Part shown: positions 28,516-37,677 of the stretch, piece after piece
Position numbering within the stretch: the stretch's first letter is position 1
How the letters are laid out: each line of letters begins with the position of its first letter
Assembly (NCBI GenBank): GCA_019311115.1
Contig: JAFDDB010000001.1
Location: forward strand, 30,674-94,673
Length of the DNA: 64,000 bases
Direction: 5' to 3'
From: Deltaproteobacteria bacterium
Lineage (GTDB): Bacteria; Myxococcota_A; UBA9160; SZUA-336
Made by a program: the position numbers and the translations under genes
The notes under the pieces: generated by a model
What the model saw: only the letters and a program-made list of their open reading frames with translations
Told to the model about the DNA's origin: nothing
Databases searched by the model: none

Positions 28516-28542
28516 ACTGCGCGCCCGAACCGGAGGACCCCC

Positions 28543-29628
28543 TTGGCGATCATCCAGAAGAAGACGGGCAACTTTCTCGAGGACTTCGTGATCGGCCGCC
28601 GCATGCGCCACAAGGGCGGGCGCACGGTGACCGAGGGCCTGACGGCCGCCTTCACGGACTTCTCGTACACCACCAATCCGCTGCACAAGAACCTGCGGTA
28701 CGCCGAGCGCTACGGCTACCCGGGCATGGTCGTGCCTCCCGGCCTGGTCATGGCGATTGCGTTCAGCCAGTCGGTCGAGGACGTGTCCGAGAACGCGCGC
28801 GCGAATCTCGAGTACATCGACATGCGCTTCGGCGTCCCCGCCTACGTCGGGGACACCATCGAGACCGAGACCACGGTGCTCGGAGTGCGCGCGTCGTCGA
28901 GCCGGCCCGAGCTCGGGGTGGTTCACGTGCAGAGCATCGCCACCAAGCAGACCGGCGACATCGTGCTCGCCTACCAGCGCAAGGTGCAAGTGTTCAAGGA
29001 GGATCCGAAAGCCACGCTCGACGAGGGCCAGGTCGACCCCGCACCCGTCGAGGTGGTGCCGTGGGTGCCCGAGTACGACGCCGGCCGCAACTACGCCGAG
29101 CTTGCACACCTGACGAACGACGACACGTACTTCGAGGACTTCACCGTCGGCGACACGATCGAGCACTCGCGCGGCCGCACCATGACCGAAGAGCACATCC
29201 AGCTGACCGGAATGCTCGACAACACCTCGCAGGTGCACTGCAACCAGACGCTGATCGACCGCGACCCCGCGCGCTACCTGGGCGGACGGCTGGTGGTGTT
29301 CGGCGGCATCCCCTTCTTGCTGTGTCTCGGGCTCTCCTGCCCCGACATCGCCGACAACAGCCCCGGGGACCTCGTCTACCGCACGGGCCGTCACACCGCG
29401 CCGATCTTCGCCGGCGACACCGTCTTCGCGTCGACCGAGATCGCGGGCAAGCGCGACTTCGAGGGCCGCGACGACCTGGGCGTGCTCGACGTGATCCTGC
29501 GCGGACACAAGTTCGAGCGCGACGAAGACGGTGGCGAGAAGCGCGTCGACATCTTCTACCTGGAGCGCGAGCTGGCCGTCCAGCGTCGGAGCCACTACGC
29601 CTCGGTGGGCTCCGCTGCGGGGAGCTGA
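28543..29628 (+). CDS. MaoC-family double hot-dog dehydratase (mesaconyl-CoA hydratase-like)
   Basis: 361 aa with two hot-dog halves. Its size and architecture resemble 2-methylfumaryl-CoA hydratase. TTG start per track. The specific activity is not provable from sequence. Confidence 0.65.
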   Translation: MAIIQKKTGNFLEDFVIGRRMRHKGGRTVTEGLTAAFTDFSYTTNPLHKNLRYAERYGYPGMVVPPGLVMAIAFSQSVEDVSENARANLEYIDMRFGVPAYVGDTIETETTVLGVRASSSRPELGVVHVQSIATKQTGDIVLAYQRKVQVFKEDPKATLDEGQVDPAPVEVVPWVPEYDAGRNYAELAHLTNDDTYFEDFTVGDTIEHSRGRTMTEEHIQLTGMLDNTSQVHCNQTLIDRDPARYLGGRLVVFGGIPFLLCLGLSCPDIADNSPGDLVYRTGRHTAPIFAGDTVFASTEIAGKRDFEGRDDLGVLDVILRGHKFERDEDGGEKRVDIFYLERELAVQRRSHYASVGSAAGS

Positions 29629-29638
29629 GCTCGCGCTG

Positions 29639-30448
29639 GTGAAGATTCCTCGGGTACACGGCATCGAGATCCACGAGCAGCCCTGGTGTCCGCCTTCGCT
29701 GCGCGACACGGCGACCGACTACCTGCAGTTCGTTTCGAACCTGACCGGCGCCTTCTCGGCGATCGCGCCGCGCCTGGGCGAGGCGATCGCTCGCTCGGGA
29801 GAGAGCGAAGTGATCGACCTGTGCTCGGGCGGCGGCGGACCCTGGCTGGGGTTGCTGGCCGCGTTCGCGCCCGATGCCGCGCCTGCGCGCGTGACGCTGA
29901 CGGATCGGTTTCCGAACCGCGAGGCTTTTGAACGCGCGGTGCGCGAGTCCGAGGGCCGGATCGGGTTCGAGTCCGAGTCCGTCGACGTGATGAAGGTGCC
30001 CGCGCGTCTGCGCGGGTTCCGGACGCTATTCGCAGCGCTGCACCACTTCCGCCCGGCGGACGCCCGAGCCATCCTGGCGGACGCGGCCGAGCACGGTCAG
30101 CCCATCGCGATCTTCGAGGGCACGGAGCGGCGTGTCTCGGGTCTGCTCGCCATGATCTTCCTGGTTCCGCTGATGACGCTCGCGGTCATGCCCTTCGTGC
30201 GTCCGTTCCGGCTCTCGCACCTGGTCTGGACCTACCTGATTCCCGCGGCCCCGCTGGTGATCGGCTTCGACGGCTTCATCTCGTGCCTGCGCACGTACAC
30301 CTCGGAAGAGCTCGAGGAACTGACGGCCGGGCTCGGCGGCGACGACTACGTCTGGGAGATCGGTGTCGAGCGGATCGGGCCTGGCCCCATGGCCATTCCC
30401 TTTGCCATCGGCGCCGCAGCGGGTCAGGGGACGCAGACGTCGCGGTAG
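29639..30448 (+). CDS. class I SAM-dependent methyltransferase-like protein with C-terminal TM segments
   Basis: In-frame GTG at 29639. IDLCSGGGGPW resembles motif I. The hydrophobic C-terminal part includes LLAMIFLVPLMTLAVMPFV. Confidence 0.5.
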   Translation: MKIPRVHGIEIHEQPWCPPSLRDTATDYLQFVSNLTGAFSAIAPRLGEAIARSGESEVIDLCSGGGGPWLGLLAAFAPDAAPARVTLTDRFPNREAFERAVRESEGRIGFESESVDVMKVPARLRGFRTLFAALHHFRPADARAILADAAEHGQPIAIFEGTERRVSGLLAMIFLVPLMTLAVMPFVRPFRLSHLVWTYLIPAAPLVIGFDGFISCLRTYTSEELEELTAGLGGDDYVWEIGVERIGPGPMAIPFAIGAAAGQGTQTSR

Positions 30449-31065
30449 TTGCGCCAGGCGCGGCGCAGCCACTCGTACGCGCGCGCTTCCGCGGCCTCCA
30501 TCTCTTCGGGCAGGACACGCCCCGACACGAAGAGCAGCGTCGCGGGCATGCGGCCGCGGAAGATCAGGCCCGGGGCCGACAGCAGCTGCTCGCGGTAGGC
30601 GTTCTCGACGGGACGCCCGTCGTAGATCAGCAGGTAGGCGGCCATCGGCACCAGCGGGTCGGCGAGTCCACGCTCGTAGCGCGGCCGGTGCACGGGCAGG
30701 TCTCCATCCTCGTCCTCGATCCAGACGACTTCCTGCCGGACGGGCCGGCTCCGCTGCAGCAGCTTGTACTCCGGCCGGTAGTAGATGTGCTTGGCGTCGG
30801 GGCCGCGCGCGATCACGTACTCGAGCGTGGAGCCACCGTCCGCGCGCAGCTTTCCTCGGCGCCACAGCGCGGGCTTCATGCGCTCTTCGATGTACTGCAG
30901 GTGCGGAGTCGGATCGTCTCCCGGGTCCCATCTGGGCGCGAGCGCGGTCGGGTTCGCGCAATCGTCGCCCTGCATTCCCAGGTACGCGTGAAGCGTCACG
31001 GGGACCAGCGCCAAGGCCAGCAACACCGAAAGGTGTGGAACCCAGCGGGAGGAAGGCGAGATCAC
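30424..31065 (-). CDS. epsI: EpsI-like exosortase-associated protein
   Basis: GTG at 31065 overlaps the exosortase stop (GTGA). A single N-terminal TM (VPHLSVLLALALVPVTL) precedes a roughly 190-aa periplasmic domain. The call rests mainly on position and topology. Confidence 0.55.
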   Translation of the reverse strand: MISPSSRWVPHLSVLLALALVPVTLHAYLGMQGDDCANPTALAPRWDPGDDPTPHLQYIEERMKPALWRRGKLRADGGSTLEYVIARGPDAKHIYYRPEYKLLQRSRPVRQEVVWIEDEDGDLPVHRPRYERGLADPLVPMAAYLLIYDGRPVENAYREQLLSAPGLIFRGRMPATLLFVSGRVLPEEMEAAEARAYEWLRRAWRNYRDVCVP

Positions 31066-31946
31066 GCCGGCTCCTCGGTTCGCCGATCGCGGCCGGCGAC
31101 CAGCAGCAGCAGGACGAGCGTCACCCCGAACGCGATCAGGCCCGACGCCTCGTGCGCCGCCGTCTCCAGCAGGTCGAAGCTCCCGTAGTGCGCCATCAGC
31201 ACGAGGCCCGTCACGCGGACGATGTTGCAGCCGATCGCGAGGGCAGCACCGGCGGCCAGGATCGCGACGCGCCGCTGCACCGTCGAGGCCATGTAGGCCA
31301 GGATCAGGGACAGCGTCATGGCCGCGTAGAACGTCGAGAAGCCGCTGCACGCGTCCGAGACGAGCACCGTTCCGGTCGGGATGATCAGGGTGGTGCCGTC
31401 GCGAACGACCGAGATCCCGAGCCAGGGGATCAGGCCGGCGGTCGCCCAGGCCGTGATCTCGCGCAGGACCTGGTGCACGGGAGCGACTGCCGCGGCAGGG
31501 AAGGGCAACATGAAGAACGCCAGCAGCAGCGGGAAGACGAGCGCGCGCGTGCGCCGAACGCCCAGCAGCAACAGCGCGAGGCCCGGCAGCGCCAGCAGCA
31601 GTGCGAAGGCCGAGAGCACCTGCGTGTGGATCGCCAGGTCGAAGATGCGCAAGAGCAGGGCGGGGACGAGAAAGGCGAAGCCGAGCGCCGAGCCCGGCTC
31701 CCGCGTGTCTCCGTCCTGGCGTCGGAACGTGTCCCAGAACAGCCAGCCGACGAGGATCGGGATGAAGAGGCGGTGACCGTCGAACCAGATGCGCGTCGTC
31801 CAGCGGTCGACCAGCCAGGCGAGGGTGGGGGTGAAGACGGCCAGGAAGAGCACGAGCCACGCGATGTGCGCCCAGCGCTCTGCAGCGGCCGGCATCGCCA
31901 GCGCGAAGCGCCGCGGCTCTGCTGCGATTTCTTCGGATGTACTCAT
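31062..31946 (-). CDS. exosortase family protein
   Basis: 294-aa polytopic membrane protein with signature residues DACSGFS (Cys), NIVRV (Arg) and a late AAHEASG (His). Confidence 0.8.
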   Translation of the reverse strand: MSTSEEIAAEPRRFALAMPAAAERWAHIAWLVLFLAVFTPTLAWLVDRWTTRIWFDGHRLFIPILVGWLFWDTFRRQDGDTREPGSALGFAFLVPALLLRIFDLAIHTQVLSAFALLLALPGLALLLLGVRRTRALVFPLLLAFFMLPFPAAAVAPVHQVLREITAWATAGLIPWLGISVVRDGTTLIIPTGTVLVSDACSGFSTFYAAMTLSLILAYMASTVQRRVAILAAGAALAIGCNIVRVTGLVLMAHYGSFDLLETAAHEASGLIAFGVTLVLLLLVAGRDRRTEEPA

Positions 31947-31996
31947 GGCCTTCGACCCCTGGGAGGCGGCGCGGGATCCGGACTACCGATCGGACG

Positions 31997-33325
31997 TCAG
32001 AGCGTCAGCGTAAACTCATCGACGAGCGCGCCGGGCAGCCGGGCGCTGTGCGTCGAACGGCGATCGTAGGTTCCGGGGTCCATCAACAGCTCTCGATCCT
32101 CCGCCAGCCCGATCAGGTTCTCGCCGAGCATGCGAAATATGGTCTCGTCGAAGCGCATGACCGACAGCGGAGCGTCGAGCACGCCATTCTCCACCCAGAA
32201 GGTGGCGAACCGGGTCATTCCGGTGGTGCGGCATGCGCTGCGGTCGGAAAAGTTCAGGTACCACAGATTGCTAATGTAGATGCCCGTCCCGAGCTCGTCG
32301 AGCACCCGGTCGCGGGAGAGGTTTCCGGGCGCCAACTCCACGGAGAGCGGCGCCTCGGCCCCGTTCGCCCCGTTCGTCGGCTCTCCGTACTCGAGCGCGG
32401 ACCGCGGCGAGACCAGGGTACCGGCGTGCTCTCCGCCGGTGATCAGCGGCACCTCGGCAGGACGCAGGAAGCCGGCATCCTGGAAGGCGGGTGCGACGCC
32501 GTCGCGCGTGTTCTCGCGGATCGACACCGAGGGGTGGAGGCGCTCCTCGCCCTCGATCATGCGCAGGAGCGGCGTCGTCTTGGTCCGGTGCGCGCGCAGT
32601 CCGAAGCCGCCCCAGCTCAGCATCTCGAAGATCTCGAGCAGCGCGGCCGGCGCCAGGAACACCCGGTAGCGTCCGGGCTCGATGGTGCGCGGCGTGCGGC
32701 CGAGGTGCTCGAGTTGGTCGGACGCGGCGTCCACCCGGAGCTGGAACTCCGCGGTGTCCCAGTCGAAGCCGGCGTAGCTGGCCTTGGCCGCCCGGTCCGC
32801 GGTCCGGTAGAAGCTCCAGTCGAAGTTGTAGCTGTAGCGCCGGTCCCAGTTGTGCTGTCCGAGCGAGTTCGCGAAGCCCGCGTAGGTGCCGCCTGCGGCG
32901 TAGATCCCGACCAGGTCGTGTTCGCGCCCCGCCGCCGCGGCGTCGTCGAGTACGCGCTCGCTCGACGGCAGGTGGTTCTCGGCCTCGTGTTCGGTGGATT
33001 TCACGTCCTGTGCATACGAGAGCAACGGGTCCTCGGGTACGTGCGCCCGCATCTCGCGGAACCGCTCGACGGCCCGCGCGAGCGTCGCGCGGTCTTCGTC
33101 CAGATGGCCGACGAGGCTCACGCGCCCGCCGACGTGCCGCCGGCCCTCGATCAGGTCGATGCCGAGCGAGCGCTGACTGACGCTTCCCGCCTGGCGGATG
33201 GCGCCGCGGTTGAAGCGCACGAAGTCCGAGTCCTCTCCCGCGAACGAGCAGGTGAAGACCTCGTCGCCCCGCAGCAGCGAGCCTAGCTCGGCGGCGACGT
33301 CGCGGAAGTAGTCCTGCACGCTCAC
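31997..33325 (-). CDS. pmbA: PmbA/TldE-family metalloprotease partner
   Basis: GTG at 33325 overlaps the tldD stop (GTGA). TldE-like pattern throughout, for example GIYISNLWYLNFSD and MTRFATFWVENG. Confidence 0.8.
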   Translation of the reverse strand: MSVQDYFRDVAAELGSLLRGDEVFTCSFAGEDSDFVRFNRGAIRQAGSVSQRSLGIDLIEGRRHVGGRVSLVGHLDEDRATLARAVERFREMRAHVPEDPLLSYAQDVKSTEHEAENHLPSSERVLDDAAAAGREHDLVGIYAAGGTYAGFANSLGQHNWDRRYSYNFDWSFYRTADRAAKASYAGFDWDTAEFQLRVDAASDQLEHLGRTPRTIEPGRYRVFLAPAALLEIFEMLSWGGFGLRAHRTKTTPLLRMIEGEERLHPSVSIRENTRDGVAPAFQDAGFLRPAEVPLITGGEHAGTLVSPRSALEYGEPTNGANGAEAPLSVELAPGNLSRDRVLDELGTGIYISNLWYLNFSDRSACRTTGMTRFATFWVENGVLDAPLSVMRFDETIFRMLGENLIGLAEDRELLMDPGTYDRRSTHSARLPGALVDEFTLTL

Positions 33326-34755
33326 GCGCCCCCGAAAACCCGGACGCCGCGGAAGAGACAGGGCGGCGACGCGTGCCCGACGCGGATCGCCTGGTTCGGC
33401 TCGCCCTTGCCGCAGGTCGGCGTGCCCATGACCTGCAAGCTCCCGGCGTCTCCGACTCCCGCGAGGCTGCGCCAGAACGTCGCCGACACGCCGCGGTAGT
33501 TGGGATTGCGCACCACTTCGGCGAGCGCCCCGCCGCGGATGCGCCGGCCCCACTCGCAGCCGAACTGGAACTTGTTCCGCGAGTCGTCGATCGACCAGGA
33601 CCGGTTCGACTCCATGTACACGCCGTCGTCTACCTGCGACACGAGGTCCTCGAGCGTCGCGTCCGCGGGCTCCAGGTTCAGGTTCGCCATCCGGTCGATG
33701 GGCGGGCGGTTCCAGCTGGTGGCCCGCGAGTTCGCCACGCCCTCGACTCCGGCGCGCGCCTGCGACACCGCCCCGCCGAGCGGGCGGAGCAGCACGCCGT
33801 CGCGGATCAGGAACTGGCGCTCGGCGGGCCGGCCCTCGTCGTCGAACGCGTAGCTCGCGAGCTGGCCCGGGCGCGTGGGGTCGAAGGTGATGTTCAGCAG
33901 CTCCGAGCCGTAGCTGTAGTGACCGAACATGTCGAGCGTCACGAAGCTCGTGCCCGCGTAGTTCCGCTCGTCGCCCAGGATGCGGTCGAGCTCGATCGGG
34001 TGTCCGATCGACTCGTGGATCTGGATGTACATCTGGTCCGGCGCCAGCAGCAGGTCGAGCTCGCCCTCGGGGCAGTTCGGCGCGTCGAGCAGCTCGAGAG
34101 CCTGTTCCGAGATGCGGGGTGCGGCTTCGCGAAAGCCGATCTGGTCGAGCACCTCGAGTCCGCCCTGCCGGCAGAGCGCGCCACCAGCCAGGCTGCGCGT
34201 CTGCGACTCGGTGCCGCGGTTCGCGGTGGCGTTGAGCCCCGGAACCAGCACCTGGAAGCGCTGCTCGATTCGCATTCCGTCGGTCGTGAGCAGCAGCGTC
34301 TCCTCGTCCTCGTGGTAGAGCGACGCCCCCCAGTCGACGATCTCGTCGCCCGACTTCAGCCGCTCCGCCTCGTCGCGCACGATGCCGATCCGGTCGCCGA
34401 GCGGCACCGCGTCCCAGGGCTTCTCGACCGGGCTCTCGTAGCGACCGCTTGCGGTGTCGCGAGCCAGGTCGCCGAAGTCCATGACCGCGCGGCCGGCGGT
34501 GTCGTGCGCCCAGTCGCGGGCGCGCCCCGCCGCGGCGGCCAGCCCCGAGCGGCTCAGGTCCGAAGTGGCGGCGTAGCCGAGTCCGCCGCGGTCGATCACG
34601 GTGACCATGGCGCCCAGGTCCTCGGACGAGCGCGGCGGGTGGAGGTGGCCGCGACGCACGGCGACGCCCTCGCTGCGGCGGTGAACGCGGCGCAGCGAGC
34701 AGAACTCGACGGCCGGCGCCACGTCGCGGAAGAGCGCCTCCAGCGACCCCGGCAT
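33322..34755 (-). CDS. tldD: TldD-family metalloprotease
   Basis: Internal ATG at 34755 (MPGSLEALF). HESIGHPIE (HExxxH) and a C-terminal GTPTCGKG motif. Confidence 0.85.
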   Translation of the reverse strand: MPGSLEALFRDVAPAVEFCSLRRVHRRSEGVAVRRGHLHPPRSSEDLGAMVTVIDRGGLGYAATSDLSRSGLAAAAGRARDWAHDTAGRAVMDFGDLARDTASGRYESPVEKPWDAVPLGDRIGIVRDEAERLKSGDEIVDWGASLYHEDEETLLLTTDGMRIEQRFQVLVPGLNATANRGTESQTRSLAGGALCRQGGLEVLDQIGFREAAPRISEQALELLDAPNCPEGELDLLLAPDQMYIQIHESIGHPIELDRILGDERNYAGTSFVTLDMFGHYSYGSELLNITFDPTRPGQLASYAFDDEGRPAERQFLIRDGVLLRPLGGAVSQARAGVEGVANSRATSWNRPPIDRMANLNLEPADATLEDLVSQVDDGVYMESNRSWSIDDSRNKFQFGCEWGRRIRGGALAEVVRNPNYRGVSATFWRSLAGVGDAGSLQVMGTPTCGKGEPNQAIRVGHASPPCLFRGVRVFGGA

Positions 34756-35450
34756 CAGGCCGCGTAGGTCTCGTTCAGGTAGCGCACGATGGCGGCGGAC
34801 TCGAACATCTCCGTGCTCGTGTTCGGGTCGACCAGCCACGGCACCATGACACGGCCCGAGCGCTGCTCGAACTCGTGCCGCTTGCGACTTCCCTTGGCGA
34901 CGTTGTGCAGCAGGTACGGGATCTCCAGGCTGCACAGCGCCTCGCGCACGATGCGGCAGAAGGGCGACGCCTCGAAGCTGTACAGCTCCAGGGCGTGCGC
35001 GGGAGGTGTCGCCTCGCGGTAGTGCACGCCGCCTCCCACGCGCCAGAGTCCGGCCGCGGCGGCGGTCACGTCGTTGTGCGGTCCCGGGCGGAGCAGCAGC
35101 GGCGGCGGACCGTCGCCGTAGGTCTCGAAGAGGTACGCGACGATGGCGTTCGACTCGTACATCTCCTTGCCGGTGTTCGGGTCGACCAGGTAGGGGAACT
35201 GCGCCTTGCCGCCGCGCTCGAGCAGTTCTTCGCGGTAGATCGGGCCACCCTTCGGGCACGGCAGGATCTGCGCGTCCAGGTCCAGGATCGACAGCGCTTC
35301 GCGGACCTTGCGGCAGAAGGGACAGCCCTCGAACTCGTACAGTTCGAGCGGCGCCTCGGGCCGGCGGCCGAGCGGACCGACCGCCAGGCCGGAAGCCAGC
35401 CGGGTAAGCGTCGCTGCCAGCGAAGTCGCGACATCGAGTGTGCGGTTCAT
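34755..35450 (-). CDS. tandem glutaredoxin/GST-N (thioredoxin-fold) protein
   Basis: Internal ATG at 35450 after GAGGAA. Two homologous modules, ELYEFEGCPFCRKVREAL and ELYSFEASPFCRIVREAL, each ending in ...ES.AIV.YL.ETY. Confidence 0.7.
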   Translation of the reverse strand: MNRTLDVATSLAATLTRLASGLAVGPLGRRPEAPLELYEFEGCPFCRKVREALSILDLDAQILPCPKGGPIYREELLERGGKAQFPYLVDPNTGKEMYESNAIVAYLFETYGDGPPPLLLRPGPHNDVTAAAAGLWRVGGGVHYREATPPAHALELYSFEASPFCRIVREALCSLEIPYLLHNVAKGSRKRHEFEQRSGRVMVPWLVDPNTSTEMFESAAIVRYLNETYAA

Positions 35451-35470
35451 TGAGGTTCCTCGGGCTCGGT

Positions 35471-36298
35471 TCAGACGCGGGGAAACTTGGGCGGCCGGCG
35501 CTCCATGAACGAGGCGACGCCCTCCTTGAAGTCCCCGCGCGTCATGCTGTCGCCCATCAGGCGGATGGCCTTGGCGTTCGACTCTCCGAACGACTCGTGG
35601 AGCCCTTCGTAGACCTGGCGCTTCATGATCTGCATCGAGGTCGGCGAGCAGCTCGAGGCCAGGTCGCGGGCGTACTCGCGCGTGAACTGCATCAGTTCGT
35701 CGTGCGGAACGACGCGGTTCACCAGGCCGACCTCGGCGGCCTCCCGGGCGTCGATCTTGCGGCCCGACAGGATCAGGTCCATGGCGTGCGCCGTGCCGAC
35801 GATGCGCGGCAGCATCCAGGCGACGCCCCACTCGGCGATCAGTCCACGGCGCACGAAGGCGGTCGTGAACACCGCGCGGTCCGACGCGAAGCGGATGTCG
35901 CAGCAGAGAGCGATCGGCAGCGCCATCCCCGCGCAGGGGCCGTTGATGGCCGCGATGATCGGCTTGCGCACCGACATCAGGTACGAGTACGCGCCGCGGA
36001 AGCCCTCTTCCATGTCGGCTTGTCCGGGGCTCGCATCGGCCAGGGCTTCGCCCCCGCCGCCGGTGAACGCCCCGCCCTCGGTCAGGGACTGGAGCCCGCG
36101 CATGTCGGCGCCGGCGCAGAAGCCGCGCCCCTCGCCCGTCAGCAGGATCGCGACCACGCGCGAGTCGGCCTCGGCCTCGGCGACGGCGTGCTTGACCTCG
36201 GTGCCCATCTGGTTCGTCCAGGCGTTGAGCTGGTCCGGGCGGTTCAGCCGGATCGTCGCCAGCGGCTCCTCGACGTCGTAGAGAATCTGCTCGTACAT
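35471..36298 (-). CDS. enoyl-CoA hydratase/isomerase family protein
   Basis: ATG at 36298 after AGGAGG. Motifs LNAWT, FCAGADM and a C-terminal FMERRPPKF. Confidence 0.85.
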   Translation of the reverse strand: MYEQILYDVEEPLATIRLNRPDQLNAWTNQMGTEVKHAVAEAEADSRVVAILLTGEGRGFCAGADMRGLQSLTEGGAFTGGGGEALADASPGQADMEEGFRGAYSYLMSVRKPIIAAINGPCAGMALPIALCCDIRFASDRAVFTTAFVRRGLIAEWGVAWMLPRIVGTAHAMDLILSGRKIDAREAAEVGLVNRVVPHDELMQFTREYARDLASSCSPTSMQIMKRQVYEGLHESFGESNAKAIRLMGDSMTRGDFKEGVASFMERRPPKFPRV

Positions 36299-36332
36299 CC
36301 GTTCCTCCTGTCGCTTCTTTGGGTCCGCCATT

Positions 36333-37604
36333 CTAGCTGTGGAGAGACGCCGGGAGTGGCGCCGCGTGGGGCGCCGGGGAGTAGCGTGCCCGGGGCCGCA
36401 GGATCGGGCCACGGTACTGCTCGACCACGTGTGCGACCCAGCCCGCCAGGCGCGCGGTGGCGAAGATCGCCAGCAGCGAGGCGGCGGGCACTCCGAGCGC
36501 TCCGCCCAGCGCGACAATCGCCGTGTCCACGTTGGCGGCGGGCAGGTCCGCCCGCTCCATGGCCCGGATCAGCGCTCCGACGACCCGGACCACGCGGTCC
36601 TGCGGTGCGAGCGAGCGTGCGGCCTCGAGGATCGGAGCCGCGCGCGGGTCGGGTCCGCGGTAGACCAGGTGCCCGAACCCGGGTAGCAGGTCGCCGCGCC
36701 GCATGCGCTCGTGGACCACGGCCTCGGCCCGCTCGGGGAGCCCGATCTCGGCGACGAGCGCCGCCACCTGCTGGCTGGCGGCCCCGTGCCGTGGCCCCTG
36801 GAGGGCCGCCAGGCCCGCGAGGACGCAGGCGTACAGGTCGCTGTGAGTAGACGCCACGACGCGCGCGGCGAAGGTGGAGGCGTTCAGCTCGTGGTCCGCC
36901 AGCAGGACGAGCGCGCGGTTCACGGCTCGCACCGTGTCCGGGTTCTGGCGCGCGCCGATCGCGACGACCACGGCCTCGGCGATGCCGGGCGCGTGGAGTG
37001 CGGCCTCGAACCGCTCGGGGTGGGTCCCCAGCGAGCCCGCCGCCGCCAGGGTGCGGATCAGCACGCGGGCGCGGGGCAGCACGGCCTCGGGCCGCACGTC
37101 GAAGCGGCCCGGGTCGGCCGCAGCCAGCGCGGACGTGGCGAGCATCAGGCAGGACAGCACGGGGGTCTCGGCCGGAAGCAGCGTCTGCAGCTCGGCCACG
37201 GGCAGCCCGCCCGCCGGTGGCGCCCACTCCACGGGCCCCGGCGGCAGCTCTCCGCTCCAGAGCAGCTCCGCCACGGACTCGAAGGGGGTCTCGCGGGCCG
37301 CCAGATCGACCGCGGCGTGGTCCCGGTAGACCGGGCCCTGCTCCCCGATCCAGCTGACCGAGGTGTCCAGCACGGGCTCCCCGTAGCGGAGTGGGCTCCC
37401 CACCGGAGCCGGCTGTCCGCGCCGTGAGGCACGGCGGGCGCGCAGCCGCTCCAGGTCGGCGCGGCGGTACCGGCGGGACGGTCCCTGCTCGCCCGGGACG
37501 CTCTGCACCTGGCCCCGGCTTGCATAGGCGTAGAGCGTTTCCCTTTTGATCCCCAGTAGTTCGGCGGCCGACCGGGCGTCGAGGTACTCGTTGTATGGAT
37601 TCAT
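36333..37604 (-). CDS. helix-turn-helix (MerR/excisionase-type) domain fused to a citrate synthase-like domain
   Basis: The N-terminal roughly 55 aa read LDARSAAELLGIKRETLYAYASRGQV...YRRADLERL. The CS-like body keeps DHELNAST, GFGHLVYRGPDPRA and NVDTA. Confidence 0.8.
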   Translation of the reverse strand: MNPYNEYLDARSAAELLGIKRETLYAYASRGQVQSVPGEQGPSRRYRRADLERLRARRASRRGQPAPVGSPLRYGEPVLDTSVSWIGEQGPVYRDHAAVDLAARETPFESVAELLWSGELPPGPVEWAPPAGGLPVAELQTLLPAETPVLSCLMLATSALAAADPGRFDVRPEAVLPRARVLIRTLAAAGSLGTHPERFEAALHAPGIAEAVVVAIGARQNPDTVRAVNRALVLLADHELNASTFAARVVASTHSDLYACVLAGLAALQGPRHGAASQQVAALVAEIGLPERAEAVVHERMRRGDLLPGFGHLVYRGPDPRAAPILEAARSLAPQDRVVRVVGALIRAMERADLPAANVDTAIVALGGALGVPAASLLAIFATARLAGWVAHVVEQYRGPILRPRARYSPAPHAAPLPASLHS

Positions 37605-37612
37605 GAATCAAG

Positions 37613-37622
37613 ATTGATCAAT
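37613..37622. promoter_or_regulatory. perfect 10-bp palindrome in the divergent CS/CS intergenic region
   Basis: ATTGATCAAT lies in an AT-rich 73-bp spacer. It starts 9 nt upstream of the HTH-CS ATG and ends 55 nt upstream of the paralogue ATG. Confidence 0.35.
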
Positions 37623-37677
37623 GTCAGTGTGTTCTGCAACCTCCCGTGAAACAGACGAAGCAGAGAGGAGAGATGAG

